NCBI RefSeq assembly: GCF_000017305.1
Contig: NC_009664.2
Coordinates: forward strand, 2,100,001 to 2,132,000
Source of the DNA: Kineococcus radiotolerans SRS30216 = ATCC BAA-149
GTDB taxonomy: Bacteria > Actinomycetota > Actinomycetes > Actinomycetales > Kineococcaceae
Length of the DNA stretch: 32,000 nt
Direction of reading: 5' to 3'
Positions 5,690-15,023 of this stretch are shown here, piece by piece. The position numbers and the translations under genes are program-made. Position 1 is the stretch's first letter; each line of letters opens with the position of its first letter. The notes under the pieces were generated by a model. The model did no database searches, had not been told where the DNA came from, and saw nothing but the letters and a program-made list of their open reading frames with translations.

Positions 5690-6645
5690 CGCTCACCGCG
5701 CTGCGCCGCGCCCACGCCTGGCACCGGCCGCTGACGACCGTCGCCGCCCTCGTCGCCGGGTGCGCGCTGGTCAGCGCGGCCGGTCTCGTCCTCGACCCCC
5801 GCGAGATCCTCGGCGCGCCCGCGTGGGCGAAACCGCTGAAGTTCTCCCTCTCCATCCTCGTCCATACCCTCACCTGGGCCTGGCTGATCGCCCACCTCCC
5901 CCGGTGGCGGGCGCCCGCCCACCGCCTCGGCACCGTCGTCGCCGTCACCCTCGCCGTCGAGCAGGTGCTCATCGTGGGCGCGGCCGCGAGCGGGACCACC
6001 AGCCACTTCAACGTCACCGACGGCCCGCACGCCACCGTCTGGGTGGTCATGGCCGTCTCCATCACGGTCATGTACCTCTGCACGTTCGCGCTCTCGGCCG
6101 CGGTGTTCCTCCTGCGCCTGCCCACCCCGGCCCTCACCCTCGCCGTGCGCGCCGGGGTCCTCGTCGCGCTCGCCGGGATCGGGGTCGCCTTCCTCATGAC
6201 CGCCCCCACCCCGGCGCAGCTCGCCGCACCCACCGGGGTCGTCGGCGCCCACGCCGTCGGCGTCGAGGACGGCGGGCCCGGCCTGCCGCTGCTGGGGTGG
6301 AGCACCACCGGGGGCGACCACCGCGTCGCGCACGCGGTCGGGATGCACGCCGTGCAGGTCCTGCCCCTCGCGGCGCTGCTGCTGGGCGCCCTGGCCCGCC
6401 GCGTCCCCCGCCTCGCCCCGCCGGCCGTGCAGGTCCGGCTCACCGCCACCGTCGCCGCCGCCTACGCCCTCGCGACCGGTCTGCTGACCCTGCAGGCGTC
6501 GCTCGGGCAGTCCGTCGCGCACCCCTCCGGCGTCGTCCTGCTCGCGGGCGGGGCGCTGGCCCTGGCCACCGCCGCGACCGCCGCCGCCGTCGTCGTCCGC
6601 GCCCCGCGGCCCCCCGCCGCGCGCCCCGCGGTGGCGGTCAGGTGA
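5686..6645 (+). CDS. Polytopic membrane protein of unknown function (~7 hydrophobic segments)
   Basis: GTG 5686 overlaps the upstream stop (GTGA). It is in frame with the 3' part of track ORF 4627-6645. The translation VTLTALRRAHAWHRPLTTVAALVAGCALVSAAGLVL...KPLKFSLSILVHTLTWAWLIAHL... is strongly hydrophobic, whereas the 5' part of that ORF is Arg/Pro noise. Confidence 0.7.
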   Translation: MTLTALRRAHAWHRPLTTVAALVAGCALVSAAGLVLDPREILGAPAWAKPLKFSLSILVHTLTWAWLIAHLPRWRAPAHRLGTVVAVTLAVEQVLIVGAAASGTTSHFNVTDGPHATVWVVMAVSITVMYLCTFALSAAVFLLRLPTPALTLAVRAGVLVALAGIGVAFLMTAPTPAQLAAPTGVVGAHAVGVEDGGPGLPLLGWSTTGGDHRVAHAVGMHAVQVLPLAALLLGALARRVPRLAPPAVQVRLTATVAAAYALATGLLTLQASLGQSVAHPSGVVLLAGGALALATAATAAAVVVRAPRPPAARPAVAVR

Positions 6646-8479
6646 CGTGCAGCGTGAACCAGACGCCCTTGCCGACGTCGTGCGCCCGGGTGGGCCACTG
6701 CACCCCCCAGTCGTCGGCGCAGGCCTGGACCAGGTGCAGGCCCCGCCCCGAGAGGGCCGACTCGTCCTGCTCCAGCAGCTCCGGGACGCGGTGGTTGTCG
6801 TCCCACACCTCCACCCGCAGCACCTCCGGGGTCGCGCGCACGGTGAGCAGGGTCTCGCTGCGGCCGTGCACGACGGCGTTGGTGACGAGCTCGCTGGTGA
6901 GCAGGACGGCGGTGTCGACGTCGGCGCCGGTCCAGCCGGAGCGGGTGCAGGTGCGCCGCACCACCTGCCGCGCCCGGGAGGGCGACTGCGGCTCGGCGGG
7001 CAGGGTCAGGGTGCGGGAGGCCACCGCCTCCGCCGGGGCCCGCCGGTCCCCCGGCGCGCCGGTCCCGTCCGCGGCCCGGCGGGCCCCCGCGCCGAGGACG
7101 ACGGCGAGCAGCAGCGTCCGGTCGTCCTCCACGCCCCGCACGTCGCCGGGGCCCCCGCCGGTGGCCGCCATCAGCTCCCGGGCGGCGGCCGCGGGGTCGG
7201 CCAGGTCCAGGGCGGCGAACCGCCCGGCCAGGCGCGCCAGCCCCGCGCCCAGCTCCTCCCCGCGGGTCTCGACCACCCCGTCGCTGTAGAGGAGCAGCGC
7301 GCTGCCGGCCCCCAGGTGGGCCCGGTGCTCGCGGCGCTCCACCGCCGGGTCGACGCCCAGGATCGGGTCGCGGTCGTCGAGCAGGCCCTCGTCGTCGGTG
7401 CCCGGGGCCCCGGCCGCGCGGGCCGCCGCCCCCGCGTCGCGGCTGCCCCCCAGGGCTCCGTCGCGCAGCAGGTCGACGCTGCGGTCGGGACGGCGCACCA
7501 GCGGCGAGGGGTGCCCGGCGCTGGCCCAGCGCACCGACACCCCCGCCGCGCCCTCGTCGTGCAGGACGGCCAGGACGACGGAGGCCAGGGTCCCCGGCTC
7601 CAGCGCGGTCAGCACCTCGTCGAGGTCGTGCAGCACCTCCCCCGCCGCCCGCTCGCTGCCCCAGACCACCCCGCGCAGCAGGACCCGCACCTGGCTCATC
7701 GCCGCCGCGGCCCGCTCGTCGTGGCCGGAGACGTCGCCGAGCACCAGCACCAGGTCCCCGGACCGGTTCTCGAAGGCGTCGTACCAGTCCCCGCCGATGT
7801 CGGCCGAGGCCTGCACCGGCTGGTAGCCCGCGGCGAGGGACAACCCGTCGCGCTCGGGCAGCACCGCCAGGGAGCTGCGCTGCAGCTGCGTGGACAGGCG
7901 CCGGACCCCCGTGGTCGCGGCCTCCTCCTCGCGGGTGGCCAGCAGCCGGGCCAGCGTCGGCGCGCACTGCGCCGCGAACGCGTCCAGGAGGGTCGCGGTC
8001 GCCGCGTCGAAGGGGCCCGGCTCCTCCCAGGAGAGGGCCAGGCTGCCGACGACGCTCCCCCCGGCGCGCAGCGGGAGCAGCGCCCAGCGGGGCCGGCCGG
8101 TCAGGTCGACGACGTCGGCCATCCGCGGGTGGTCCAGCACCGCGGCGGCGCGGTCGGGCAGGAGGCAGCGCACCCCGTCGCGGGCGGCGCGGATCGCCGG
8201 CAGGTCGCTGTCGCGGGGTTCGTCGGGGAAGCGGCCCGCGAAGCGGGGGTCCAGCGGGGCCGCGGCCAGCAACCGCCAGGTCCCCTCGGGGGTGGGCACC
8301 ACGACCCCGCACCCCGCGGCGGCGAAGACGGTGCGGGCGTGCCGCACGAGGCTGGTCTGGAACTCCTCGAGACCGGTGAGGGAGGAGAGCTCGACGGCGC
8401 AGCGGGCCAGCGCGCGCCACGTGGTGTCCGCGGCCGGCGGTCCACCGGCGGGACCGGGAGAACCGGGGGACCCGGCCAT
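6638..8479 (-). CDS. GAF - PP2C/SpoIIE phosphatase - HATPase_c (RsbW-like anti-sigma kinase domain) fusion protein
   Basis: ATG 8479 is preceded by GGAGGAGG; 613 aa. PP2C motifs DIGGDWYD, LGDVSGHD and LYSDGVVE. C-terminal ATPase motifs LLTSELVTNAVVHG and SGRGLHLVQACADDWGV. The N-terminal ~190 aa look GAF-like (WALLPLRAGGSVVGSLALSW). Confidence 0.85.
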   Translation of the reverse strand: MAGSPGSPGPAGGPPAADTTWRALARCAVELSSLTGLEEFQTSLVRHARTVFAAAGCGVVVPTPEGTWRLLAAAPLDPRFAGRFPDEPRDSDLPAIRAARDGVRCLLPDRAAAVLDHPRMADVVDLTGRPRWALLPLRAGGSVVGSLALSWEEPGPFDAATATLLDAFAAQCAPTLARLLATREEEAATTGVRRLSTQLQRSSLAVLPERDGLSLAAGYQPVQASADIGGDWYDAFENRSGDLVLVLGDVSGHDERAAAAMSQVRVLLRGVVWGSERAAGEVLHDLDEVLTALEPGTLASVVLAVLHDEGAAGVSVRWASAGHPSPLVRRPDRSVDLLRDGALGGSRDAGAAARAAGAPGTDDEGLLDDRDPILGVDPAVERREHRAHLGAGSALLLYSDGVVETRGEELGAGLARLAGRFAALDLADPAAAARELMAATGGGPGDVRGVEDDRTLLLAVVLGAGARRAADGTGAPGDRRAPAEAVASRTLTLPAEPQSPSRARQVVRRTCTRSGWTGADVDTAVLLTSELVTNAVVHGRSETLLTVRATPEVLRVEVWDDNHRVPELLEQDESALSGRGLHLVQACADDWGVQWPTRAHDVGKGVWFTLHVT

Positions 8480-8642
8480 CGCGCCTCCTCCGCGGGTCGC
8501 GTCGCGCGGGGTGCGTCGAGGTCGGCCGCCGGACGAGTCCACCACGACGGCGGCACCGTCGCCAGCCCCCGCCCCGCCCGCACCGCACGGACCGCGCCGG
8601 GGGTGGGCCCGGGCCGGTGCGGGGCCCCGGCATGCTGGGCCC

Positions 8643-9425
8643 GTGAGCGACGCCGCCCCCGCGCAGCCCCCGCCCGCGGGACCTCCCGCCGGCCCCCCGG
8701 ACCGCGCCGCCGTCGTCCGGCAGGGCCTGTCCGTGGCGGTGGCGACCGGCCTGTACGGGGTCAGCTTCGGCGCGCTGAGCGTCACCAGCGGGCTGAGCGT
8801 GCTGCAGACCTGCCTGCTGTCGCTGCTGCTGTTCAGCGGCGGGTCCCAGTTCGCGCTCGTCGGCGTGCTCGGGGGCGGCGGCACCGGCGGCGCCGCCCTC
8901 GCCGCGTCCTCCCTGCTGGGGGTGCGCAACGCGCTGTACGGCCTGCAGCTGAGCCCCACGATGCGCCCGCGCGGGTGGCGGCGCGTCGTCGTCCCCCAGC
9001 TGACCATCGACGAGTCCACGGCCGTCGCCGTCGCCCAGCCCGTGCGGGCGCTGCGGCGGCTGGGGTTCTGGGTGACCGGGCTCGGCGTCTACGCCGGGTG
9101 GAACCTCACGACCCTCCTCGGGGCCCTGGCCGGGGATGCCCTCGGCGACCCGCAGCGCTTCGGCCTCGACGCGGCGGCCGCGGCGTCCTTCGCGGCGCTG
9201 CTGTGGCCGCGGGTGCGCGGGCGCGAGCCCGTCGCCGTCGCCGTCGTCGCCGTGCTGCTGACGACGGTCCTGGTGCCGGTGGTCCCCCCCGGGCTGCCGG
9301 TGGTGGCCGCGGCCCTGGCCGGTTCGGTGCTGGCGTGGTCCTGGCGGGCCCGCCCGCCCGGCCCGTCCACCCCGCCGGGCGGGGACGCGCCGGGCCGGGA
9401 CGCGGCGGGCGGGAGCGCGGCGTGA
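8643..9425 (+). CDS. azlC: AzlC family branched-chain amino acid exporter subunit
   Basis: GTG 8643 is in frame with the 3' part of ORF 7890-9425. The translation GLSVAVATGLYGVSFGALSVTSGLSVLQTCLLSLLLFSGGSQFALVGVL... is typical of AzlC. Confidence 0.8.
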   Translation: MSDAAPAQPPPAGPPAGPPDRAAVVRQGLSVAVATGLYGVSFGALSVTSGLSVLQTCLLSLLLFSGGSQFALVGVLGGGGTGGAALAASSLLGVRNALYGLQLSPTMRPRGWRRVVVPQLTIDESTAVAVAQPVRALRRLGFWVTGLGVYAGWNLTTLLGALAGDALGDPQRFGLDAAAAASFAALLWPRVRGREPVAVAVVAVLLTTVLVPVVPPGLPVVAAALAGSVLAWSWRARPPGPSTPPGGDAPGRDAAGGSAA

Positions 9426-9733
9426 GCACCTGGACCGTCGTGCTCGCCGCCTCCGCGATCGCCTTCGCCACCAAGTTCGCCGGCTACGTGGTGCCGCCGG
9501 CGTGGCTGGAGGGACCCCGCACCCGCCGGGTGACGGCGGTGCTGCCCGTCGCCCTGCTGGCCTCCCTCGTCGTGCTGCAGACCTTCTCCACGGGGCAGCA
9601 CCTCGTCCTCGACGCCCGCGCCGCGGGGCTCGCGGTCGCCGTGCTCGCGCTGGTCCTCCGCGCCCCGTTCATCGTCGTGGTGGTGCTCGCCGCGGCGACG
9701 GCGGCGGGGCTGCGCGCCGCGGGCTGGGGGTGA
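9422..9733 (+). CDS. azlD: AzlD family small membrane protein
   Basis: The GTG overlaps the azlC stop (GTGA at 9422-9425). 103 aa: VSTWTVVLAASAIAFATKFAGYVVPPAWL... Confidence 0.75.
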   Translation: MSTWTVVLAASAIAFATKFAGYVVPPAWLEGPRTRRVTAVLPVALLASLVVLQTFSTGQHLVLDARAAGLAVAVLALVLRAPFIVVVVLAAATAAGLRAAGWG

Positions 9734-9837
9734 GCACCCCCGCGGGGCCGCGCCGCCCCGACTACGATCGCCCGGCGCCCCGCGGGCCCCGGCCCGCCCC
9801 GGAGCCGTCCCCGCACCACCCGACAGGAGGCCCGAGC

Positions 9838-11013
9838 GTGCCGTCCCGCCCGTCCCCGCGACGACCGGCCCCGCCCTCCCCCGCGACCGCCCCGGGGACG
9901 TCGGCCGCGCTGACGGAGCTGCCCGTGGTGGCGTGCAAGCTCTACCGCGCCGACGGGCGGCAGCGGACGGTGTCCCGCTCCGACGCCGACCTCGACGCCG
10001 CCCTGGAGACCGCCCGCGCCGACGGCGGCTTCGTGTGGATCGGCCTGCGCGGGACCAGCGCCCGCGACCTGGAGCGGCTCGCGGTGACCTTCCGGCTGCC
10101 GGCCCTGGCCGTCGAGGACGCCATCAACGCCCACCAGCGCCCGAAGTTCGAGCAGTACCCCGACCTGACCTTCGCCGTCCTCAAACCCGTCCGCTACGTC
10201 GACCACGACGAGGTCGTCGACGTCAGCGAGGTCGCCGTCTTCGTGGGCGCGCACTTCGTCATCACCGTCCGGCACGGGGAGTCCTCGGTCGTGGCCGACG
10301 TCCGCGCCGAGCTCGACGCCCCCGAGCTGGACCCCGCCGACCTCGCCGGGCTCGGTCTCGACGACACCGACGTCGACCTCGACGTCCCCCTCCCGCCCGG
10401 TCCGCACGCCCCCTCGCCGGCGTCGGTGCTGTACCGCCTGCTCGACCACGTCGTCGACGGCTACGGCGCCGTCGTGGAGGACATCGCCGTCGACGTCGAG
10501 GACATCGAGGAGCAGGTCTTCAGCGGCGGGGAGGACGAGCACGCCGAGCGCATCTACAAGCTGAAGCGGGAGGTGCTGGAGTTCCGGCGCGCCGTGGTGC
10601 CGCTGGTGAACCCGTTGCAGCGCCTCGTCGACGGCGGGCCCACCGGACCCTCCGCCACCGCGGTCGCGGAGGAGAAGCGGCCCTACTACCGCGACGTCCT
10701 GGACCACCTGCTGCGCGCCGCGGACGCCATCGACGGCTACGACCGGCTGCTGACCGACGTCCTGCAGGCCCACCTGACCCAGGTCAGCGTGCGGCAGAAC
10801 CGGGCCTCGGCCCGCCAGAACGAGGACATGCGCAAGATCTCGGCGTGGGCGGCGATCGCGCTGGTGCCCACCGCCATCGCCGGCATCTACGGCATGAACT
10901 TCGAGCACATGCCCGAGCTGAGCACCCGCTACGGCTACTTCGTCGTCCTCGCCGTGATCGTCAGCGCCTGCGTCTCGCTCTACGTCGTCTTCCGCGCGAA
11001 GAAGTGGCTGTGA
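9838..11013 (+). CDS. corA: CorA family Mg2+/Co2+ transporter
   Basis: GTG 9838 lies 9 nt after AGGAGG (9825-9830). The C-terminus carries the GMN signature YGMNFEHMPE plus two TM helices. The long upstream part of ORF 9502-11013 is noise. Confidence 0.85.
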   Translation: MPSRPSPRRPAPPSPATAPGTSAALTELPVVACKLYRADGRQRTVSRSDADLDAALETARADGGFVWIGLRGTSARDLERLAVTFRLPALAVEDAINAHQRPKFEQYPDLTFAVLKPVRYVDHDEVVDVSEVAVFVGAHFVITVRHGESSVVADVRAELDAPELDPADLAGLGLDDTDVDLDVPLPPGPHAPSPASVLYRLLDHVVDGYGAVVEDIAVDVEDIEEQVFSGGEDEHAERIYKLKREVLEFRRAVVPLVNPLQRLVDGGPTGPSATAVAEEKRPYYRDVLDHLLRAADAIDGYDRLLTDVLQAHLTQVSVRQNRASARQNEDMRKISAWAAIALVPTAIAGIYGMNFEHMPELSTRYGYFVVLAVIVSACVSLYVVFRAKKWL

Positions 11014-11020
11014 GGCGCGC

Positions 11021-12325
11021 TCAGCGCTCGTAGACGTCGGGGACGCCGTTCCCGTCGGCGTCGACGCGCTCCTCGGCCTCGATCCGGCGGTAGACGCGGT
11101 TGCGGCGCGAGAGCACGACCGCGGCGAGGACCGCGGAGAGCAGGGAACCCACGAGGACGCCGAGGGTGACGTGCTCGCCCGCCGCGGTGCCCTCGCCGAA
11201 GGCGAGGGAGCCGATGAGCAGCGACACGGTGAACCCCATCCCGGCGAGCATCGCCATGCCGAGGACGTCGACCCAGCGCAGGTTCTCGTCCAGCTCGGCC
11301 CTCGTCAGCTTCGCCAGCAGCCAGGTGGTGCCGACGATGCCGATCGGCTTGCCGAGGACGAGACCGGCGATGACGCCGAGCGCGACGGGGTCCTGCACCG
11401 CGGCGGTGAACCCGGACACGCCGCCGATCGCGACGCCGGCGGAGAACAGCGCGAAGACGGGGACGGCGAAGCCCGTCGACAGCGGGCGCCAGCGGTGCTC
11501 GAAGTGCTCCGAGAGCCCGGGGCCCGCCTCCGGTCCGCCGTGCTCCTCGCTGCGCAGCACGGGAACCACCAGGCCGAGCAGCACCCCGGCGACGGTGGCG
11601 TGGATGCCGGAGGCGTGCACGAGGGCCCACGTCGCCAGGGCCAGCGGGACGAGCAGCCACCAGGACCGGACCCGGCGCTGCACGGCGACGGTGAACGCGG
11701 CGAGGGTCAGCAGGGCCAGCAGCAGCGGGGTCCAGTGGACCTGCTCGGTGTAGAAGATCGCGATGACGGTGATGCCGAGGAGGTCGTCGACGACGGCGAG
11801 GGTCAGCAGGAACGTCCGCAGCGCCGACGGCAGGTGGGACCCGACGACGGCGAGGATCCCCAGCGCGAAGGCGATGTCGGTGGCGGTGGGGGTGGCCCAG
11901 CCGACGAGGGCGCCCTCCGGGGAGTCGGGGTGCAGGACGTTGACGAGGACGAACAGCAGGGCCGGGACGGCCATCCCGCCCACGGCCGCGGCGATGGGCA
12001 GCGCCGCGGCGCGGGGGCTGCGCAGGTCCCCGGCGACGAACTCCTTCTTCAGCTCCAGGCCGGTGACGAAGAAGAAGATCGCGAGCAGGCCGTCGGCGGC
12101 CCAGTGCTCGATCGAGAGGTCCAGGTGCAGCGCGGCCGGCCCGAGGTGGAACTGCCGCACCTCCTCGTAGCTGTTCCCGGCCACGTTCGCCCACACCAGC
12201 GCGATGACGGTGAAGACCAGCAGCAGCAGCCCGCCGGTCGTCTCCTGGCGCAGGACGTCGGCGAGGCGGCGGGCCTCGGGCCAGGAACCGCGGGAGAAGA
12301 GGGGGCGCTGGGGGGCGGAGGGCAC
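11021..12325 (-). CDS. nhaA: Na+/H+ antiporter NhaA
   Basis: 434 aa with a GTG start. Contains [23 protein letters not shown] and [13 protein letters not shown], typical of NhaA. Its stop is 7 nt from the corA stop (convergent genes). Confidence 0.9.
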   Translation of the reverse strand: MPSAPQRPLFSRGSWPEARRLADVLRQETTGGLLLLVFTVIALVWANVAGNSYEEVRQFHLGPAALHLDLSIEHWAADGLLAIFFFVTGLELKKEFVAGDLRSPRAAALPIAAAVGGMAVPALLFVLVNVLHPDSPEGALVGWATPTATDIAFALGILAVVGSHLPSALRTFLLTLAVVDDLLGITVIAIFYTEQVHWTPLLLALLTLAAFTVAVQRRVRSWWLLVPLALATWALVHASGIHATVAGVLLGLVVPVLRSEEHGGPEAGPGLSEHFEHRWRPLSTGFAVPVFALFSAGVAIGGVSGFTAAVQDPVALGVIAGLVLGKPIGIVGTTWLLAKLTRAELDENLRWVDVLGMAMLAGMGFTVSLLIGSLAFGEGTAAGEHVTLGVLVGSLLSAVLAAVVLSRRNRVYRRIEAEERVDADGNGVPDVYER

Positions 12326-12388
12326 GGGGGCACCTGCTTCCGGGATCGACGAACGGAGAGATCCCTGACGGGACCGCCGACCAGACTT

Positions 12389-12428
12389 CCCGGCACACCG
12401 GGGGTAGAGGTTACCCGGGTGCGCCGGG
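12389..12428 (-). terminator. Imperfect GC-rich hairpin downstream of kdgK (candidate operon terminator; also the nhaA upstream region)
   Basis: cccggcacacc (12389-12399) pairs with ggtgcgccggg (12418-12428) with one mismatch. There is no U-tract. Confidence 0.3.
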
Positions 12429-12433
12429 ACGGG

Positions 12434-13483
12434 TCACCGCGACACCGAGGCGTCCCCGGAGGCCAGGAGCGCCTCGACGTCCGCCGCCGACGCGGCCGAG
12501 GAGTCCCCCGGCGTGGTCATGACCAGGGCCCCGTGGGCGATCCCGAGGGCCACCGCGCGCGGCAGGCCCTCCCCGCCGAGCAGGCCGTGCACGAGCCCCG
12601 CGGTGAACGCGTCGCCGCTGCCGATGCGGTCCAGCACGGCGAGGTCGCGCAGCTCGGCGCCCTCGACGAGACCGGTGGCGGCGGACCAGGCCAGCGCCCC
12701 GAAGTCGTTGCGGGAGGCCGACACCACCCGCCGGGTGGTGGTGGCGACCACCCGCAGGTGGGGGTGGTCGGCGGCGTCGCGCAGGACCCGCTCGCGCGGG
12801 TCGCCGCCGTCGCCGGGCAGCCCCGCGAGCCCCGCGCCGACGAGGACGTCGACGTGCTCGACCAGGCGCCGGTTCAGCTCCTGCGCCGCCTGCGCGCCGC
12901 CGCGCCCGGCCCACAGGCTGGGCCGGTAGTTGAGGTCGTAGGACGTGGTCGTCCCGTGCCGGCGGGCGGCGGCGAGCGCCTCCGCGGCGACCTCGGCGGT
13001 GCTCTCCGAGAGCGCCGCGAAGATCCCCCCGGTGTGGAACCAGCGGACCCCCTGGACGCCGAAAAGGTCGTCCCAGTCGACGTCGCCGGGCTGCAGGCGG
13101 CTGACCGCGGTGCCGCCGCGGTCGGAGACCCCGACGGAGCGGCGGACCCCGAAACCGCGTTCGACGAAGTTCAGCCCGTTGCGCACGCCGCGGCCCGCGC
13201 CGTCGGCGGGGACCCAGCGCACCAGGGACGTGTCGACCCCGCCGGTGAGGACGAGGTCCTCCACGAGGCGGCCCACCTCGTCGTCGGCGAGGGCGGTGAC
13301 GACGGCGGTGCGCCGCCCGAAGCAGCGGCGCAGCCCGCGGGCGACGTTGTACTCCCCGCCGCCCTCGTGGACGTCGAAGCGGCGGGCGGTGCGGATGCGC
13401 CCCTCGCCGGGGTCGAAGCGGAGCATGACCTCGCCGAGGGAGACGAGGTCGTGGCGGCACCCCGCCGCGGGGCGCAGGCCCAC
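12434..13483 (-). CDS. kdgK: 2-dehydro-3-deoxygluconokinase (PfkB family sugar kinase)
   Basis: Motifs: DLVSLGEVMLRFDP N-terminus, GGGEYNVARGL, and DRIGSGDAFTAGLVHGLL near the C-terminus. The start is uncertain: in-frame GTGs at 13483, 13492, 13504 and 13513 all fall inside a 21-bp tandem duplication. The far-upstream part of ORF 12434-13651 overlaps eda. Confidence 0.85.
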   Translation of the reverse strand: MGLRPAAGCRHDLVSLGEVMLRFDPGEGRIRTARRFDVHEGGGEYNVARGLRRCFGRRTAVVTALADDEVGRLVEDLVLTGGVDTSLVRWVPADGAGRGVRNGLNFVERGFGVRRSVGVSDRGGTAVSRLQPGDVDWDDLFGVQGVRWFHTGGIFAALSESTAEVAAEALAAARRHGTTTSYDLNYRPSLWAGRGGAQAAQELNRRLVEHVDVLVGAGLAGLPGDGGDPRERVLRDAADHPHLRVVATTTRRVVSASRNDFGALAWSAATGLVEGAELRDLAVLDRIGSGDAFTAGLVHGLLGGEGLPRAVALGIAHGALVMTTPGDSSAASAADVEALLASGDASVSR

Positions 13484-13521
13484 CGGGTCCACCGCGCCGC
13501 CCACCGGGTCCACCGCGCCGC
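13480..13521. repeat. Perfect 21-bp tandem duplication CCACCGGGTCCACCGCGCCGC x2 at the eda-kdgK junction
   Basis: Read directly. It ends at the eda stop codon (tca 13522-13524). In the kdgK frame each copy reads GAVDPVG and carries two GTG codons. Confidence 0.9.
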
Positions 13522-14145
13522 TCACCGCGCGGCCAGGGCGACCGCGTGCGCGGTCAGGTCGCGCACGGCGTCGAAGTCGCCGGCGGCGAGGAGGTCGCGG
13601 GGCACCATCCACGACCCGCCGACGGCGGCGACGCTCGGCACGGCCAGCCACGGGGCGAGGTCGTCGGGGCCGATGCCGCCGGTGGGGACGAACCGGACCC
13701 CGCCGAAGGGGGCGGCGAGCGCCCGGACGGCGGCGGGGCCGCCGGAGGTGGCGGCGGGGAAGAACTTCACCGTGCTCAGGCCCAGTTCGAGGGCGGCCTG
13801 CACCTCGGTGGCGGTGACGGCGCCGGGCAGGACCGCCACCCCGTGCTCCAGGCAGCGCTCGACGACGGCCCGGCTGGTGCCCGGGCTGACGACGAAGCGG
13901 GCGCCCGCGGCGACGGCCTCGTCGACCTGGGCGGGGGTGAGGACGGTGCCGGCGCCGACGAGCACCCCGCCGTGGTCGGCCATGGCGCGCACCGCGTCGG
14001 CGGCGGCGGGGGTGCGGAAGGTGACCTCGGCGACGGGCAGCCCGCCGGCGACGAGGGCGTCGGCCAGGGCGGGCGCCGCGGCGGCGTCGTCGAGGACGAC
14101 GACGGGCACGAGGCGGGCGGCGGTGACGCGGTCGAGGACGTCCAC
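13522..14145 (-). CDS. eda: KDPG / 4-hydroxy-2-oxoglutarate aldolase
   Basis: GTG 14145 is preceded by AGGAGGAA; 207 aa. Contains LPVAEVTFRTPAA, VGAGTVL, and the Schiff-base lysine context STVKFFPA. Confidence 0.85.
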   Translation of the reverse strand: MDVLDRVTAARLVPVVVLDDAAAAPALADALVAGGLPVAEVTFRTPAAADAVRAMADHGGVLVGAGTVLTPAQVDEAVAAGARFVVSPGTSRAVVERCLEHGVAVLPGAVTATEVQAALELGLSTVKFFPAATSGGPAAVRALAAPFGGVRFVPTGGIGPDDLAPWLAVPSVAAVGGSWMVPRDLLAAGDFDAVRDLTAHAVALAAR

Positions 14146-14189
14146 GGGCGGTTCCTCCTGGGGGTTCGGGCGGGGACGGGGGGTCGGGG

Positions 14190-14945
14190 TCACCGGGCCA
14201 GCCACCCGCCGTCGACGGCGAGGACGTGCCCGTGCACGTAGGCGGCCGCGGGGGAGGCGAGGAAGACGACGACGTCGCCGACGTCCTGCGGCGTCCCCCA
14301 CCGCCCGGCGGGGATCCGCACGGAGAGCTGCTCGCGGCGGACGGGGTCGGCGAGCAGGGCCTCGTTCATGTCGGTGGCCATGTACCCGGGGGCCACGGCG
14401 TTGACGCCGACCCCGCGCCCGGCCCACTCGTTGCACAGCGCCTTCGTCAGCTGCGCCACCGCGCCCTTGCTGGCGGCGTAGGCGGGCACGGTGAGCCCGC
14501 CCTGGAAGGACAGCAGGGAGGCGATGTTCACCACGCGCCCCTCCCCGCGCTCCAGCATGGGCGCGCCGAAGAGCTGGCAGAGCTGGAACACCGCCCGCAG
14601 GTTCACGTCGAGGACGCGGTCGAAGGCGTCGAGGGGGAACTCGACGGCGGGGTGGCGCTCCTGGGTGCCGGCGTTGTTGACGAGGACGTCCACGCGGTGC
14701 TCGGCGAGGACGGCGGCCGCGGTCGCGGCGACGGCGGCGGCGTCGGCGAGGTCGACGGCGTGGTGCACCAGGCGCCGCCCGCAGCGCGCGGCCTCCTCCG
14801 CGAGGTCCGCGGCGGGCGCGCCGCGGCCCAGGACGACGACGTCGGCGCCGGCCCGCAGCAGGGACGTGGAGATCCCCAGGCCCAGGCCGCGCCCCCCGCC
14901 GGTGACGAGGGCCGTGCGGCCGGTGAGGTCGAAGGGGTGGTTCAC
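14190..14945 (-). CDS. kduD: SDR oxidoreductase, probable 2-dehydro-3-deoxy-D-gluconate 5-dehydrogenase (KduD)
   Basis: 251 aa. GTG 14945 is preceded by AGGAGGA. Contains TALVTGGGRGLGLG, NNAG, and YAASKGAV (catalytic YxxxK). Context with kduI, eda and kdgK. Confidence 0.8.
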   Translation of the reverse strand: MNHPFDLTGRTALVTGGGRGLGLGISTSLLRAGADVVVLGRGAPAADLAEEAARCGRRLVHHAVDLADAAAVAATAAAVLAEHRVDVLVNNAGTQERHPAVEFPLDAFDRVLDVNLRAVFQLCQLFGAPMLERGEGRVVNIASLLSFQGGLTVPAYAASKGAVAQLTKALCNEWAGRGVGVNAVAPGYMATDMNEALLADPVRREQLSVRIPAGRWGTPQDVGDVVVFLASPAAAYVHGHVLAVDGGWLAR

Positions 14946-15023
14946 GCGGTTCTCTCCTCCTGCGGTTCCGGGTGCGGGGTCACGGGGTCCCCGGGGCAGT
15001 CTCCGCCCCCGGCGCGGGGACGC

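Noticed and set aside
8480-9019. Extension of the phosphatase ORF to 793 aa (start at 9019)
   Set aside because: The extra 180 aa are low-complexity and would overlap azlC on the opposite strand. ATG 8479 has a strong GGAGGAGG SD sequence.
9734-9837. Mg2+ (M-box) riboswitch upstream of corA
   Set aside because: Only ~100 nt are available and no M-box-like conserved segments are visible. A TACGAT -10 box (9763-9768) and an AGGAGG SD sequence explain the region.
9838-12325. Clustering of ion-homeostasis genes (corA, nhaA, later crcB, pit) as a functional island
   Set aside because: The genes sit on different strands, have separate regulatory regions, and are interrupted by unrelated operons. 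There are no mobility genes or compositional break. This is most simply ordinary core-genome arrangement.
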